A DNA stretch of 64,000 nucleotides from the sequence record SRR31156797_878; one strand, written 5' to 3'. Each line of letters starts with the position of its first letter. The first letter of the stretch is position 1. Below are positions 37,995-47,303 of the stretch, piece by piece. The notes below the pieces were generated by a model. That model saw only the letters and a program-made list of their open reading frames with translations. It was not told where the DNA came from and made no database searches. A program made the position numbers and the translations under genes.

Positions 37995-40358
37995 TTACAT
38001 CTCCTCATGTGCTGTCCTTCGGATGATCTCATTTTGCAAATCTTCCCCCAAATCGTTGAAATAATCGCTGTAGCCGGCAACACGTACTATCAGATCGCGG
38101 TATTTTTCCGGGTGCTTTTGTGCATCCCGCAAGGTATCAGCAGAAACCACGTTAAACTGGATGTGATGCCCGTCGAGCCGAAAATAGCTGCGCACCAGTT
38201 GGGAAACTTTGATGATGCTATCCTCGTCCTCGAAAAAGTCAGGTGAAAACTTTTGGTTAAGCAAAGTTCCACCGGTTCGCAGATGGTCAATTTTGGATGC
38301 TGATTTCAACACGGCCGTTGGGCCCAGTTTATCAGCTCCCTGCACGGGTGATATGCCTTCGGAGAGTGCTTCACCAGCTTTTCGGCCATCGGGTAATGCC
38401 TGTAATACGCTGCCAAAATAAACATGACATGTTGTTGGTAAAAGGTTAATCCTGAACTTGCCGCCTCTAGCTGTTGGCCGGCCATCTACAGCCTCGAAAA
38501 ATGCCTCAAAAATCCCTGTGGTTTGTTCATCGGCATAATCGTCATCATTGCCATATTTCGGGGTTTCGTAAATTAATTTATATCGTAGATTTTCATATCC
38601 TTCAAAATTATTTTTCAATGCATTGAGGTAATCCGCCATATCCACAGATTTCTCATCAAAAACATGATATTTCAAAGCGGTTAAGCTGTCTGTCAGACTG
38701 CCCAGTCCAACTCCCTGGATATAGCTTGTATTGTAGCGTGCACCACCGGCATTGTAATCTTGGCCATTGGCCACACAGTCATCAATGATCAGCGACAGGA
38801 AAGGAGCAGGGATGTTATCAGCAAAAAGCTTTTCGATGATATTGTTACCTTTAATTTTGATTTTGATGAAATAGTTCAACTGCTTTTTCCAGGCAGCCAA
38901 CAAATCATTAAAGGTTTTGAAATTTTTGGCTTCTCCTGTTTTCAATCCGATTTGTTTTTGTGTTCGGGGATCAAAGCCGTTGTTCAAAGTAATTTCCAGA
39001 ATTTTGGCCAGGTTAAAATATCCGGTTAAAATGTATGATTCCGTACCAAATGCGCCTGATTCTACACAGCCACTTGCTCCACCATTGCGCGCATCTTCAA
39101 GGGATTTACCCTGACGAACAAGCTCCTGTACGATGGCGTCGGTATTAAAAATGGAAGGCTGGCCGAAACCTGTTTTGGTGATCCTAACTGCCCGGCGGAT
39201 GAAACTGTCCGGGTTCTTTTTGCTCAATTGCACCATGGAACTGGGCTGTAAAATGCGCATTTCTTCTATCACATCCAGTATCAAAAAGCTTAACTCATTC
39301 ACTGCATCTGATCCATCAGGCTTTAAACCACCCAGGTTAATCAATGCAAAATCTGTGTAGGTGTTGCTTTCCTGTGCAGTTACGCCCACTTTGGGCGGGG
39401 CAGGGTGGTTGTTGAATTTCACCCAGAATGACTGCAGCAACTCACTGGCCTGATCTTTTGTTAAAGTGCCGCCGGCCAGCTCTTTTTCATAAAATGGCAA
39501 CAAATGCTGGTCGAGCCTGCCGGGGTTAAAGCTGTCCCATGGGTTGAGTTCTGTGATAACACCAACATGCACAAACCAATAATATTGCAGGGCTTCGTGG
39601 AATGTTTCAGGCTTATTGGCCGGAACGCGTTTGCATATCTTTGCCATTTTCAGCAACTCGGTTTTCCGGATTTCATCGGGCTCAAATTTAGCCAACTCTT
39701 CCAGTTTTTCAGCATGCCGGTTTGCATACATGATGATGGCTTCAGCCACGATATGCATGGCTTTGAGTTCATCGCGTTTGCTGAGGGCTTCCGGATCGTT
39801 GTAGAAATCCAGGTTTTCCATGGCTACTTTAATATCCCATTGAATGTCGCGCATCCCTTTTTTGTAAATTTTGGTTCCGGCCACGGTATGCCCTGGTGTA
39901 CGCTGTTCCTGAAATTCGGTGAACATCCCTGCTTTGTATGCATCAAGCCATTCCTGGTCCATGTTGGCCATGATTTTCTCACGATTACTTTTCCCGTTCC
40001 AGTAAGGGATGATCACATTTTCAAATGCATCCCGTGTTTCCTGGTCAACCTTAAATGAGACCTTCTCTCGTGAGTTGAGGATATCCAGGTCTTTCAGCGA
40101 GTGCAGGCTTACCTCCGGATAGGTGGGTGTAGCCTTGGGGGCAGGTCCGCGTTCACCAACGATTAGCTCGCCATCACTGATACAAATGTGTTTGTTTTTC
40201 AGGATGTATTCATAGGCAAGTGCACGCCTCACCGGGACGGATACACTTTGTGCGATGTCGCTTTTATAAAATTCGGTTACCAAAAGTGCCCGTTCAGGTG
40301 AAATATGCTCAACTGCATTCAGGCTGCTATTTCTCAATTTTTGTATTCTTTCGGTCAT
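37995..40358 (-). CDS. hypD: Glycyl radical enzyme, trans-4-hydroxy-L-proline dehydratase
   Basis: Gly loop RVAGYS; Cys loop SGCVE; HypD-type motifs EQRTPGHTV, WDSF.PGR, PAPPKVG.T..ES.TYTDF, LTGY and LPTTCH. Confidence 0.88.
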   Translation of the reverse strand: MTERIQKLRNSSLNAVEHISPERALLVTEFYKSDIAQSVSVPVRRALAYEYILKNKHICISDGELIVGERGPAPKATPTYPEVSLHSLKDLDILNSREKVSFKVDQETRDAFENVIIPYWNGKSNREKIMANMDQEWLDAYKAGMFTEFQEQRTPGHTVAGTKIYKKGMRDIQWDIKVAMENLDFYNDPEALSKRDELKAMHIVAEAIIMYANRHAEKLEELAKFEPDEIRKTELLKMAKICKRVPANKPETFHEALQYYWFVHVGVITELNPWDSFNPGRLDQHLLPFYEKELAGGTLTKDQASELLQSFWVKFNNHPAPPKVGVTAQESNTYTDFALINLGGLKPDGSDAVNELSFLILDVIEEMRILQPSSMVQLSKKNPDSFIRRAVRITKTGFGQPSIFNTDAIVQELVRQGKSLEDARNGGASGCVESGAFGTESYILTGYFNLAKILEITLNNGFDPRTQKQIGLKTGEAKNFKTFNDLLAAWKKQLNYFIKIKIKGNNIIEKLFADNIPAPFLSLIIDDCVANGQDYNAGGARYNTSYIQGVGLGSLTDSLTALKYHVFDEKSVDMADYLNALKNNFEGYENLRYKLIYETPKYGNDDDYADEQTTGIFEAFFEAVDGRPTARGGKFRINLLPTTCHVYFGSVLQALPDGRKAGEALSEGISPVQGADKLGPTAVLKSASKIDHLRTGGTLLNQKFSPDFFEDEDSIIKVSQLVRSYFRLDGHHIQFNVVSADTLRDAQKHPEKYRDLIVRVAGYSDYFNDLGEDLQNEIIRRTAHEEM

Positions 40359-40416
40359 GAAATTTTGGTTATTAAGTCCGCCTAAGGCCCGCTTCGCAGC
40401 GAGGTGAGCGTGACAA

Positions 40417-40610
40417 GTTATTCGTTATTGAGTTATTCGTTATTTGCACTACGTGCGTTATTTGCTTCGTTACGCTCAGCGTGATTTACCTCGCTATGCT
40501 CGGTGTTATTTGCTTCGCGATGCTTCGCATCATTGACACTACATGCGCAATTTGCTTCGCTACGCTCAGTGTAATTGGCCTCACTGCGTTCGGCGTAATT
40601 TGTGGTCATT
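40417..40610. repeat. Second heptamer-spacer/mini-hairpin array (same family as 10205)
   Basis: Four GTTATTN heptamers, then seven hairpins (11,17,17,17,11,17,17 nt), each followed by a 7-nt spacer. Confidence 0.85.
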
Positions 40611-40661
40611 ATATGTAGTTCCCTTATTTGCATTATTCTACATTTTCTCGAACTTCATATC

Positions 40662-40752
40662 TATCGTTAAGGCTCTTCAGTCTCTTCGTTCACCACAGTC
40701 TCTTCATTCACTTAAGTTTCTAAAAATCGCTTAGTCCGCTTCATTCGTTTCA
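40662..40752. repeat. Degenerate ~9-bp-period tract
   Basis: gtctcttcg ttcaccaca gtctcttca ttcacttaa gtttctaaa aatcgctta. Confidence 0.55.
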
Positions 40753-40776
40753 ATATCAAATTTTAAGCTCGTATTC

Positions 40777-41571
40777 TTAACCTCCAATTTTCACCTTAAA
40801 GCCAAGGCTTTCAAAATAATTCTTTTTTGGAATCAGGTCTGATTTTTTCATTCTCGCCAAACCTATCAGTTTGTTTTTCTGCAATAGATTTTGGTATTTT
40901 GAATCAGCCATGTTATGAAATGGCAGCAAATCAACCTGACCATTAAAATTCATATCCTTTAAGATATTGGCAAATTCCTCCATATCTGTGTCACCATCAT
41001 TTATTCCGGGAACTATTGGAATCCTCACCCTGACAGACTTTCCAAGCATAATTAATAATCTTAAGTTTTTCAGGACAACAGTATTATCAACTCCCGTGTA
41101 TTGCTTATGCTTTTCATTATCATGATGTTTCAGATCATATAAAATTAAGTCGGCATACTTTGCGGCAATTTCAAGTTTATCCTTTTTTACAAAACCGCTG
41201 GTATCCAATGCAGTGTGAAATCCCTTTTCCTGGCAGCTTCGCAGTAGATTTATGGCAAACTCGGATTGTAACAAAGGTTCTCCACCACTTAGCGTTACGC
41301 CACCTCCGGACTCATCGTAAAATACAGCCTCCTTCTCAACCTCAGTCATGATCTCACTTACGGAATAATACTTTCCTATCTTTTCCTGATGTTTGTACTT
41401 TATGCCATCCAGGTTGTGATATTTTTGAATGTTTACAATATCTATAGAACAGCTTTCCGGATTATGGCACCACCAGCACCGCAAAGGGCATCCTTTAAAA
41501 AATATGGTGGTGCGGATACCTGGCCCGTCGTGAACAGCAAACCGTTTAATATCGAAAATTAAGCCTTTCAT
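40777..41571 (-). CDS. Glycyl-radical enzyme activating protein (radical SAM)
   Basis: HDGPGIRTTIFFKGCPLRCWWCHNPES, GGVTLSGGEP, DTSG and LLPFH; upstream of hypD. Confidence 0.93.
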   Translation of the reverse strand: MKGLIFDIKRFAVHDGPGIRTTIFFKGCPLRCWWCHNPESCSIDIVNIQKYHNLDGIKYKHQEKIGKYYSVSEIMTEVEKEAVFYDESGGGVTLSGGEPLLQSEFAINLLRSCQEKGFHTALDTSGFVKKDKLEIAAKYADLILYDLKHHDNEKHKQYTGVDNTVVLKNLRLLIMLGKSVRVRIPIVPGINDGDTDMEEFANILKDMNFNGQVDLLPFHNMADSKYQNLLQKNKLIGLARMKKSDLIPKKNYFESLGFKVKIGG

Positions 41572-42056
41572 GAAATTTTAAACAAAATAAGGCGCACGGA
41601 CAAAATGTGCTGAAATCATAATATGAGATAAAAAAAAGGGGTAGGGAGGATTAGCAAATCAATAAATCCAGCACTCGTAGAGACCTTTGCCAAATTTATG
41701 ATATAGTTTTAAATGATGGCTCATCTGTATTATGATATGCAAAATAGCTGTCCAAAGTTAATAATCAAATTATCAGTTTTAATTATTCTTAGAAATTTGG
41801 ATACTTTCTAAATAATTTTCACAAAATGAAATTTTCTGCATAAACAGCTAAACAATTGCAATTGTCCTACTAAATGAACTAATTCCCATATTATCAGGCA
41901 TTTTATAATTCCGATATTTGTTTTGTAAGTCCTAATAGATCACATAATCGATTCAAACTTTAACAATGGATCCAGAATTACGGTTTAAATCTAAATAATA
42001 TTCTTCAAGCTCAAAAAAAACTATGTGCAGGAAAATCAAAGAGTAGGGGAGTGTGG

Positions 42057-42435
42057 AGCCAAACGTAAACATCACAAGAATAGATCACAAAAGTAAATAT
42101 GATTCACTGAGATTACAACTGTAACTAACAAGCACAGGTTCACATATGTCACAACATACTGTTTTGTGAAAATGTGATTCATTTAATGGATGATTTTGAA
42201 TAATCTACTATAAACCAGTAATTTATATCTATTACATGTGTGACTGCAATAAAAAGATTGGTGCAATTGACCCATTCAAATACGATTACTTTTAAACCAC
42301 CTTAACATGTTATTTTATAGATGATTACACGGCTCATCTTTACTATTGGTTTATCAGTTCACAAAATATTTGTGCTAATAGAATTGTGAATCTCAATGAA
42401 AACGATTATTTTTACAAATGTATTCACAAATGTAA
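42057..42435. promoter_or_regulatory. Cluster of 12-bp palindromic sites TYACA-N2-TGTRA (putative operators)
   Basis: 42085 TCACAAAAGTAA; 42113 TTACAACTGTAA; 42140 TCACATATGTCA; 42232 TTACATGTGTGA; 42412 TTACAAATGTAT; 42424 TCACAAATGTAA; half-sites at 42057 and 42166. Confidence 0.6.
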
Positions 42436-42451
42436 ATAATGCTGTAGGGTT

Positions 42452-42979
42452 ATGGATGATCTTAGAGAAAGGATAGAATTGTTAATTTCCACCAGGGGAA
42501 TGACAAATGCCACTTTTGCCGAAAAAGTTGGAGTACAGCCCTCAAATATTTCTCATGTATTATCCGGAAGAAATAAACCCAGTCTGGATTTGGTGATGAA
42601 AATTCTTAACAGCTTTAAGGAATTACGAACCGAATGGCTTTTACATGGTCAGGGTTCAATGACTACGGATTATACCTTATTTGAATTGGAAGAAGTGGAG
42701 GTGGAACCAAAATCCAATTCGAAACCCCAAAATGTTGAAGGAAAATCTGATCAGGACACAAGAGAAGAAGAAATCCCGGATATATTTGAAGTTAACACAA
42801 CGGGGAAACAACCTAAAACTATTGAAAATAAGCAGGTTAAAAAGGGAAACAGTGGGGTAGAAGATAAGACTCAAAAAATTGAAAAAACAAATCCTCATAA
42901 AAAACCAGGAAAATCCATCGAAAGGATTGTGATTTTTTATGAGGACAAAAGTTTCAGTGAATATTTTCCTGAAAATTAA
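42452..42979 (+). CDS. XRE-family HTH transcriptional regulator
   Basis: [23 protein letters not shown]...EWLLHG; charged linker; C-terminal [13 protein letters not shown]. Confidence 0.88.
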   Translation: MDDLRERIELLISTRGMTNATFAEKVGVQPSNISHVLSGRNKPSLDLVMKILNSFKELRTEWLLHGQGSMTTDYTLFELEEVEVEPKSNSKPQNVEGKSDQDTREEEIPDIFEVNTTGKQPKTIENKQVKKGNSGVEDKTQKIEKTNPHKKPGKSIERIVIFYEDKSFSEYFPEN

Positions 42980-43395
42980 AATCGTTCAAGTTTAGAAAAG
43001 AAAAAGCTGGCTTCAATCTCAGCATTCTCATCGCTATCGGAGCCATGCACAGCATTTTTCTGAACGTCTGTTCCAAAAAGATTTCTTACTGTACCGTGTT
43101 CAGCTTGATCAGGATTTGTAGCGCCAATCAATTTACGGTAGTCTTCTACAGCATTTTCTTTTTCAAGAACAGCAGCAATGATAGGCCCTGACGACATAAA
43201 ATCAACCAATCCATCAAAAAATGGCCGCTCCTTATGAACTTCATAAAAAGCTTCGGCTTGTTCCCTGGAAAGTTTCATTTTCTTCATGGCTGAGATTTTA
43301 AACCCGCCCTCATTAATCTTGGCCATTATGGCACCTGTAAAACCTTTCGCTACGGCATTAGGCTTGATCATTGTTAGTGTTATGTTTCCTTTCAT
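42976..43395 (-). CDS. ndk: Nucleoside-diphosphate kinase
   Basis: [16 protein letters not shown] and NAVHGSDS. Confidence 0.96.
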   Translation of the reverse strand: MKGNITLTMIKPNAVAKGFTGAIMAKINEGGFKISAMKKMKLSREQAEAFYEVHKERPFFDGLVDFMSSGPIIAAVLEKENAVEDYRKLIGATNPDQAEHGTVRNLFGTDVQKNAVHGSDSDENAEIEASFFFSKLERF

Positions 43396-43418
43396 TTTAT
43401 TAGGTTTTTGTGAGGCTG

Positions 43419-43476
43419 CAAAAGTAGCAATAACACATTTTCAGTCATGCATTTAACGTTTTTTATTATAGTTTTG
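43419..43476. promoter_or_regulatory. Divergent -7 elements for ndk and the nrnA operon
   Basis: TACTTTTG (minus, 43419-43426) and TAGTTTTG (plus, 43469-43476). Confidence 0.55.
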
Positions 43477-43524
43477 CAGCCTTCTTGAAATAATTAAATC
43501 ATTACAAATCAATTATTTAAAATT

Positions 43525-44553
43525 TTGAATTCAACCGAATATTCAAAGGTTAAAAACCTCATTAAGAACGCTGCCAATATTATCATTACATCGCACCACA
43601 ATCCCGACGGTGATGCCGTTGGATCAGCCATGGCCATGTATCATGTGTTTAAGCAAATCCGTGAGAATGTGGTGGTTATATTACCAAACAGGTTTCCGGA
43701 TTTCCTGAAATGGATTGAAGAAGCTGATCGTGCTGTAATTTTCGATCAGAACCCGGAGGACGAAATGGCTAAGCTGTTTGCAAAATCCAGCCTGATTTTC
43801 TGCCTGGATTATAACGGACTATCCAGGGTGGAAAAAATGGAGGGCCATTTACGCAATGCTAATGCATCAAAAGTGCTTATCGATCATCATCCTGACCCTG
43901 AGGAAAATGATTTTGATTTTCTTTTGTCGAAAACATCAGCATCTTCAACTGCCGAATTGGTTTATGAATTTCTTGAATCGCTGGATTTTAAACATCTGAT
44001 CAATCGTCGGGCCGCCGAAAGTCTTTACACAGGTATTGTTACGGATACAGGATCGTTTAGCTTTGCCTGCAACAATGCAAAAACCTACCGTATTGCTGCC
44101 GATCTAATTGATCGTGGCCTCAATGCAGAGCATGTTCATAGATTGATTTACGATAATTATTCTGAAAGTCGCTTGCGGCTTATGGGTTATGCTTTTGATA
44201 AGAAACTGAAAATTTTCTCTGAATTTCATACGGCAATTATTTGGTTTACAAAGTCTGAGCTAGAACAATTCAATCATAAAACCGGCGACACAGAGGGCCT
44301 GGTTAATTATCCGCTATCGATAAAAGAAATCAACATGTCGATTTTTATGACGGAGCGTGAAGGCCTGATCAGGTTGTCATTCAGATCAAAAGGCGACTTT
44401 GCTGTGAACCAGATTGCCCGGGAATATTTTGACGGTGGCGGCCATAAAAATGCCGCTGGTGGCAATTCCTACAAAACCATGGATGAAACCATAGAAAAGA
44501 TTAAATCGATTTTACCGTTGTATCAGCATGAACTGGATTACAACAATAAATAG
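43525..44553 (+). CDS. nrnA: DHH/DHHA1 phosphoesterase (NrnA nanoRNase/pAp phosphatase)
   Basis: H.NPDGDA.GS, IDHH, TDTGSF and GGGH.NAAG; TTG start. Confidence 0.9.
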   Translation: MNSTEYSKVKNLIKNAANIIITSHHNPDGDAVGSAMAMYHVFKQIRENVVVILPNRFPDFLKWIEEADRAVIFDQNPEDEMAKLFAKSSLIFCLDYNGLSRVEKMEGHLRNANASKVLIDHHPDPEENDFDFLLSKTSASSTAELVYEFLESLDFKHLINRRAAESLYTGIVTDTGSFSFACNNAKTYRIAADLIDRGLNAEHVHRLIYDNYSESRLRLMGYAFDKKLKIFSEFHTAIIWFTKSELEQFNHKTGDTEGLVNYPLSIKEINMSIFMTEREGLIRLSFRSKGDFAVNQIAREYFDGGGHKNAAGGNSYKTMDETIEKIKSILPLYQHELDYNNK

Positions 44554-45082
44554 GGTAACAAAATTGGTTCTGATCGGGGTGGCCCTGATCATGATTTGGG
44601 TTTCATGTGGTGGTGAAAAAAACCATAAGAGATCCAAAAATGTCCCCAATAAAGATTTACAGGAATCATTGCTTGATGCCAATAAGAAAGCCGTTAAAAC
44701 AGAAGCTCAGCAAATAAGGGATTTTATTGATCGCTACAACTGGGACATGACAGAAACCGGATCAGGCTTGCGCTACAAGGTATATAAAGCCGGATATGGG
44801 GCCAAAGCAAGCGAAGGAAGAATTGCAGTTATCAACTACGAGGTGAGTCTCCTGAACGGTGAAGTTTTATACACATCCCACGCATCGGGGCCTAAGGAAT
44901 TTATGATTGGCAGGGGTGGTGTGGAGTCCGGGCTGGAGGAAGGCATATTGTTACTGCGTGAAGGCGACCGTGCCAAATTTATTATACCTTCGCACCTCGC
45001 TTACGGACTGGCTGGCGACCAGAACAAGATAACCGGCAAAGCTACACTGGTTTATGACGTTGAACTGCTCAAATTGAAATAA
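44528..45082 (+). CDS. FKBP-type PPIase lipoprotein (GldI-like position)
   Basis: Lipobox WVSC; SGLRY, GLEEG, IPSHLAYG and YDVELL. Confidence 0.85.
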   Translation: MNWITTINRVTKLVLIGVALIMIWVSCGGEKNHKRSKNVPNKDLQESLLDANKKAVKTEAQQIRDFIDRYNWDMTETGSGLRYKVYKAGYGAKASEGRIAVINYEVSLLNGEVLYTSHASGPKEFMIGRGGVESGLEEGILLLREGDRAKFIIPSHLAYGLAGDQNKITGKATLVYDVELLKLK

Positions 45083-45949
45083 TTGGTAACCAGAAATCAC
45101 ATCTTAATCAGACATTCCATTCTCATCCTGCTTGTCGTGCTCACTTTGTCGGCATGCAACAACCATCAGGGCTTTGAAAAGGCTCCAAATGGATTACTGT
45201 ATAAATTCCACATCCAAAACCCGGAAAATCAAAAAGTGGGTAAGTATGATGTGGTGCAGGTGAAGATGAATTACCGCACCAGAGACTCGGTTCTATACAA
45301 TGGCGGTAATGAAACCATTCCTTTCCAGATTGATCCGCTATATGATGGCGATTTGATGGAGGGAATCATGATGATGCACCTTAACGACAGTGCAACTTTT
45401 ATCCTGAACACAGCGGATTTTTTCCTGAAAATGATGAACTACGAAATCATTCCGGAACATGCACAGGGGAGTGAGGAATTATTTTTTGACATCAAGCTCG
45501 TAGAAATCAGGCCTGAAACAAAAGCCCTGAAACAAAGACGATTAATGTTGGAGAAACGAAAACGGGAAGAGCCGAATAAAATAATTGCCTACCTTGAGAA
45601 GGAAAACTTAACACAAAAACCAAATTCCAGCGGATTGTACGTGTTATCATTACACGAAGGAACCGGACCGGTTGCAATATTAAACAGTATGGTTAAGGTA
45701 CACTACACTGGGAAACTACTCGATGGCAGTGTATTTGAGTCTTCCCGAAAAAGAGGTTCCCCGATTAATTTTACTGTCGGTGCCGGTGAAGTACTCGCAG
45801 CCTGGGATGCGGCTATTCCTGGTATGAAACAGGGTGCCAAGGCACGATTGATTGTTCCGTCCGCTTTGGCCTATGGCGATAAAAGTCGCAATGGTCTGGA
45901 ACCGTATACGCCGCTGATTTTTGATATTGAAATTGTTGAAGTGAAATAA
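45083..45949 (+). CDS. FKBP-type PPIase lipoprotein
   Basis: Lipobox LSAC; VHYTGKLLDG.VFESS and VPSALAYG. Confidence 0.85.
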   Translation: MVTRNHILIRHSILILLVVLTLSACNNHQGFEKAPNGLLYKFHIQNPENQKVGKYDVVQVKMNYRTRDSVLYNGGNETIPFQIDPLYDGDLMEGIMMMHLNDSATFILNTADFFLKMMNYEIIPEHAQGSEELFFDIKLVEIRPETKALKQRRLMLEKRKREEPNKIIAYLEKENLTQKPNSSGLYVLSLHEGTGPVAILNSMVKVHYTGKLLDGSVFESSRKRGSPINFTVGAGEVLAAWDAAIPGMKQGAKARLIVPSALAYGDKSRNGLEPYTPLIFDIEIVEVK

Positions 45950-45977
45950 ATTGAATTACGAATTAAAATAGAAAAGA

Positions 45978-47303
45978 ATGATTAACAGAATTTTAAGCCT
46001 TGTACTGGTATCAGTGGTTAGTTTAATATTTATGGTTTCCTGCGATAGCATGTCAGGAGGCGATGGAAAATATCAAACAACCGAAAGTGGATTGAAATAC
46101 AAAATTGTTGAGACCAACGAAGACGGTAAACAGGTTGGAGATGGTGACTATTTATCCTTAAGCATGATATATGGAAAAGAGGATTCAGTACTTTTTAACA
46201 CCGATCAGGCACCTGAAAAAGTAATGGTATTGATGCAGAGGGAATCGGCTTATCCCGGAGATTTTTATGAAATGATGGGCTTGTTGCATGAGGGAGACAG
46301 TGCTGAGTTTGAATTGGATGCAGAAAACTTTTTCCAAAAAACAGTTGGAAGCGGTCAGATTCCTGCGGATCTTAAAGGACAGATTCTTACATTCAACGTT
46401 CGGGTTGAAAAAGTACAAACCAAAGCCGAACTGGATGCGGAAGCAAAAGCTAAACAGGAACAACTTAAAATAGATGAAGTGGCTGCCATAGAGGAATATA
46501 TGGCTGAAAACGGCCTGGACGCCGAACCTACTGAAAGTGGATTGTTTGTCATTGAAACAAAAAAAGGTAAAGGTGCTAAACCAAAAGCCGGTGACGTAGT
46601 AAAAGTACACTATACCGGTACATTACTAAACGGCGAAAAATTTGATTCGTCACTTGACCGGGGAGAACCCATCGAGTTTCCACTGGGTCAGGGCAGGGTA
46701 ATCCGAGGCTGGGACGAAGGTTTTGCCATGCTTAACGAAGGTACTGAAGCCACATTGCTCATCCCTTCCTACCTTGCATATGGTGATCGGGGCTCAAGAG
46801 GTGGGGGTATCCCGCCGAATTCAATTCTTCGTTTCGACATTACCCTTGTTGATGTCGTGGATCAGTCAGAAAAACAGGCAGCAGAAAAACTCAAAAATGA
46901 ATCTTATCGCAAAAATGAAACTGCCGAGCGAAATAAATACATTGCCGAAAATGGCATTACTACCAAACCAACCGAAAGCGGCCTATATGTTATTATCAGA
47001 GAACAAGGTAACGGGCCGAAACCAAAAAAAGGCGACAGGGTTAAAGTTCATTACAAAGGAACTTTGCTGGATGGTACAAAATTCGACTCGTCCTACGACA
47101 GGGGGCAACCCTATGAATTTCCGCTTGGTCAGGGTCGTGTAATCAAAGGCTGGGACGAAGGCATTGCCAGGCTAAATGTGGGATCAAAAGCTACCCTCAT
47201 CATTCCATCAAAACTGGGATATGGTGAGCGTGGATCTGGTCAGGTCATCCATCCTTATGCAACCTTGCTGTTTGATGTTGAACTGGTAGGCATAGCTGAA
47301 TAA
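45978..47303 (+). CDS. FKBP-type PPIase lipoprotein with two canonical FKBP domains
   Basis: Lipobox MVSC; two VHY.GTLL.G.KFDSS.DRG.P.EFPLGQGRVI.GWDEG repeats. Confidence 0.9.
   Translation: MINRILSLVLVSVVSLIFMVSCDSMSGGDGKYQTTESGLKYKIVETNEDGKQVGDGDYLSLSMIYGKEDSVLFNTDQAPEKVMVLMQRESAYPGDFYEMMGLLHEGDSAEFELDAENFFQKTVGSGQIPADLKGQILTFNVRVEKVQTKAELDAEAKAKQEQLKIDEVAAIEEYMAENGLDAEPTESGLFVIETKKGKGAKPKAGDVVKVHYTGTLLNGEKFDSSLDRGEPIEFPLGQGRVIRGWDEGFAMLNEGTEATLLIPSYLAYGDRGSRGGGIPPNSILRFDITLVDVVDQSEKQAAEKLKNESYRKNETAERNKYIAENGITTKPTESGLYVIIREQGNGPKPKKGDRVKVHYKGTLLDGTKFDSSYDRGQPYEFPLGQGRVIKGWDEGIARLNVGSKATLIIPSKLGYGERGSGQVIHPYATLLFDVELVGIAE

Noticed and set aside
37995-40358. Annotation as pyruvate formate-lyase or choline TMA-lyase
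   Set aside because: Single-Cys SGCVE loop (PFL has CC) and HypD-type motifs; CutC-type GCVEP is absent.
40433-40633. 66-aa repetitive ORF (NYAERSEAN...) next to a radical SAM gene, as a possible RiPP precursor
   Set aside because: The frame stays open because the units are 18/24 nt. Variation is mostly non-synonymous yet preserves base pairing, the same repeat occurs at 10.2 kb antisense to its neighbours, and the SAM enzyme is a typical GRE activase.
41572-42451. Firm oriC call
   Set aside because: No perfect DnaA boxes, no dnaA/gidA nearby, and skew cannot be assessed here; kept only as a hypothesis.
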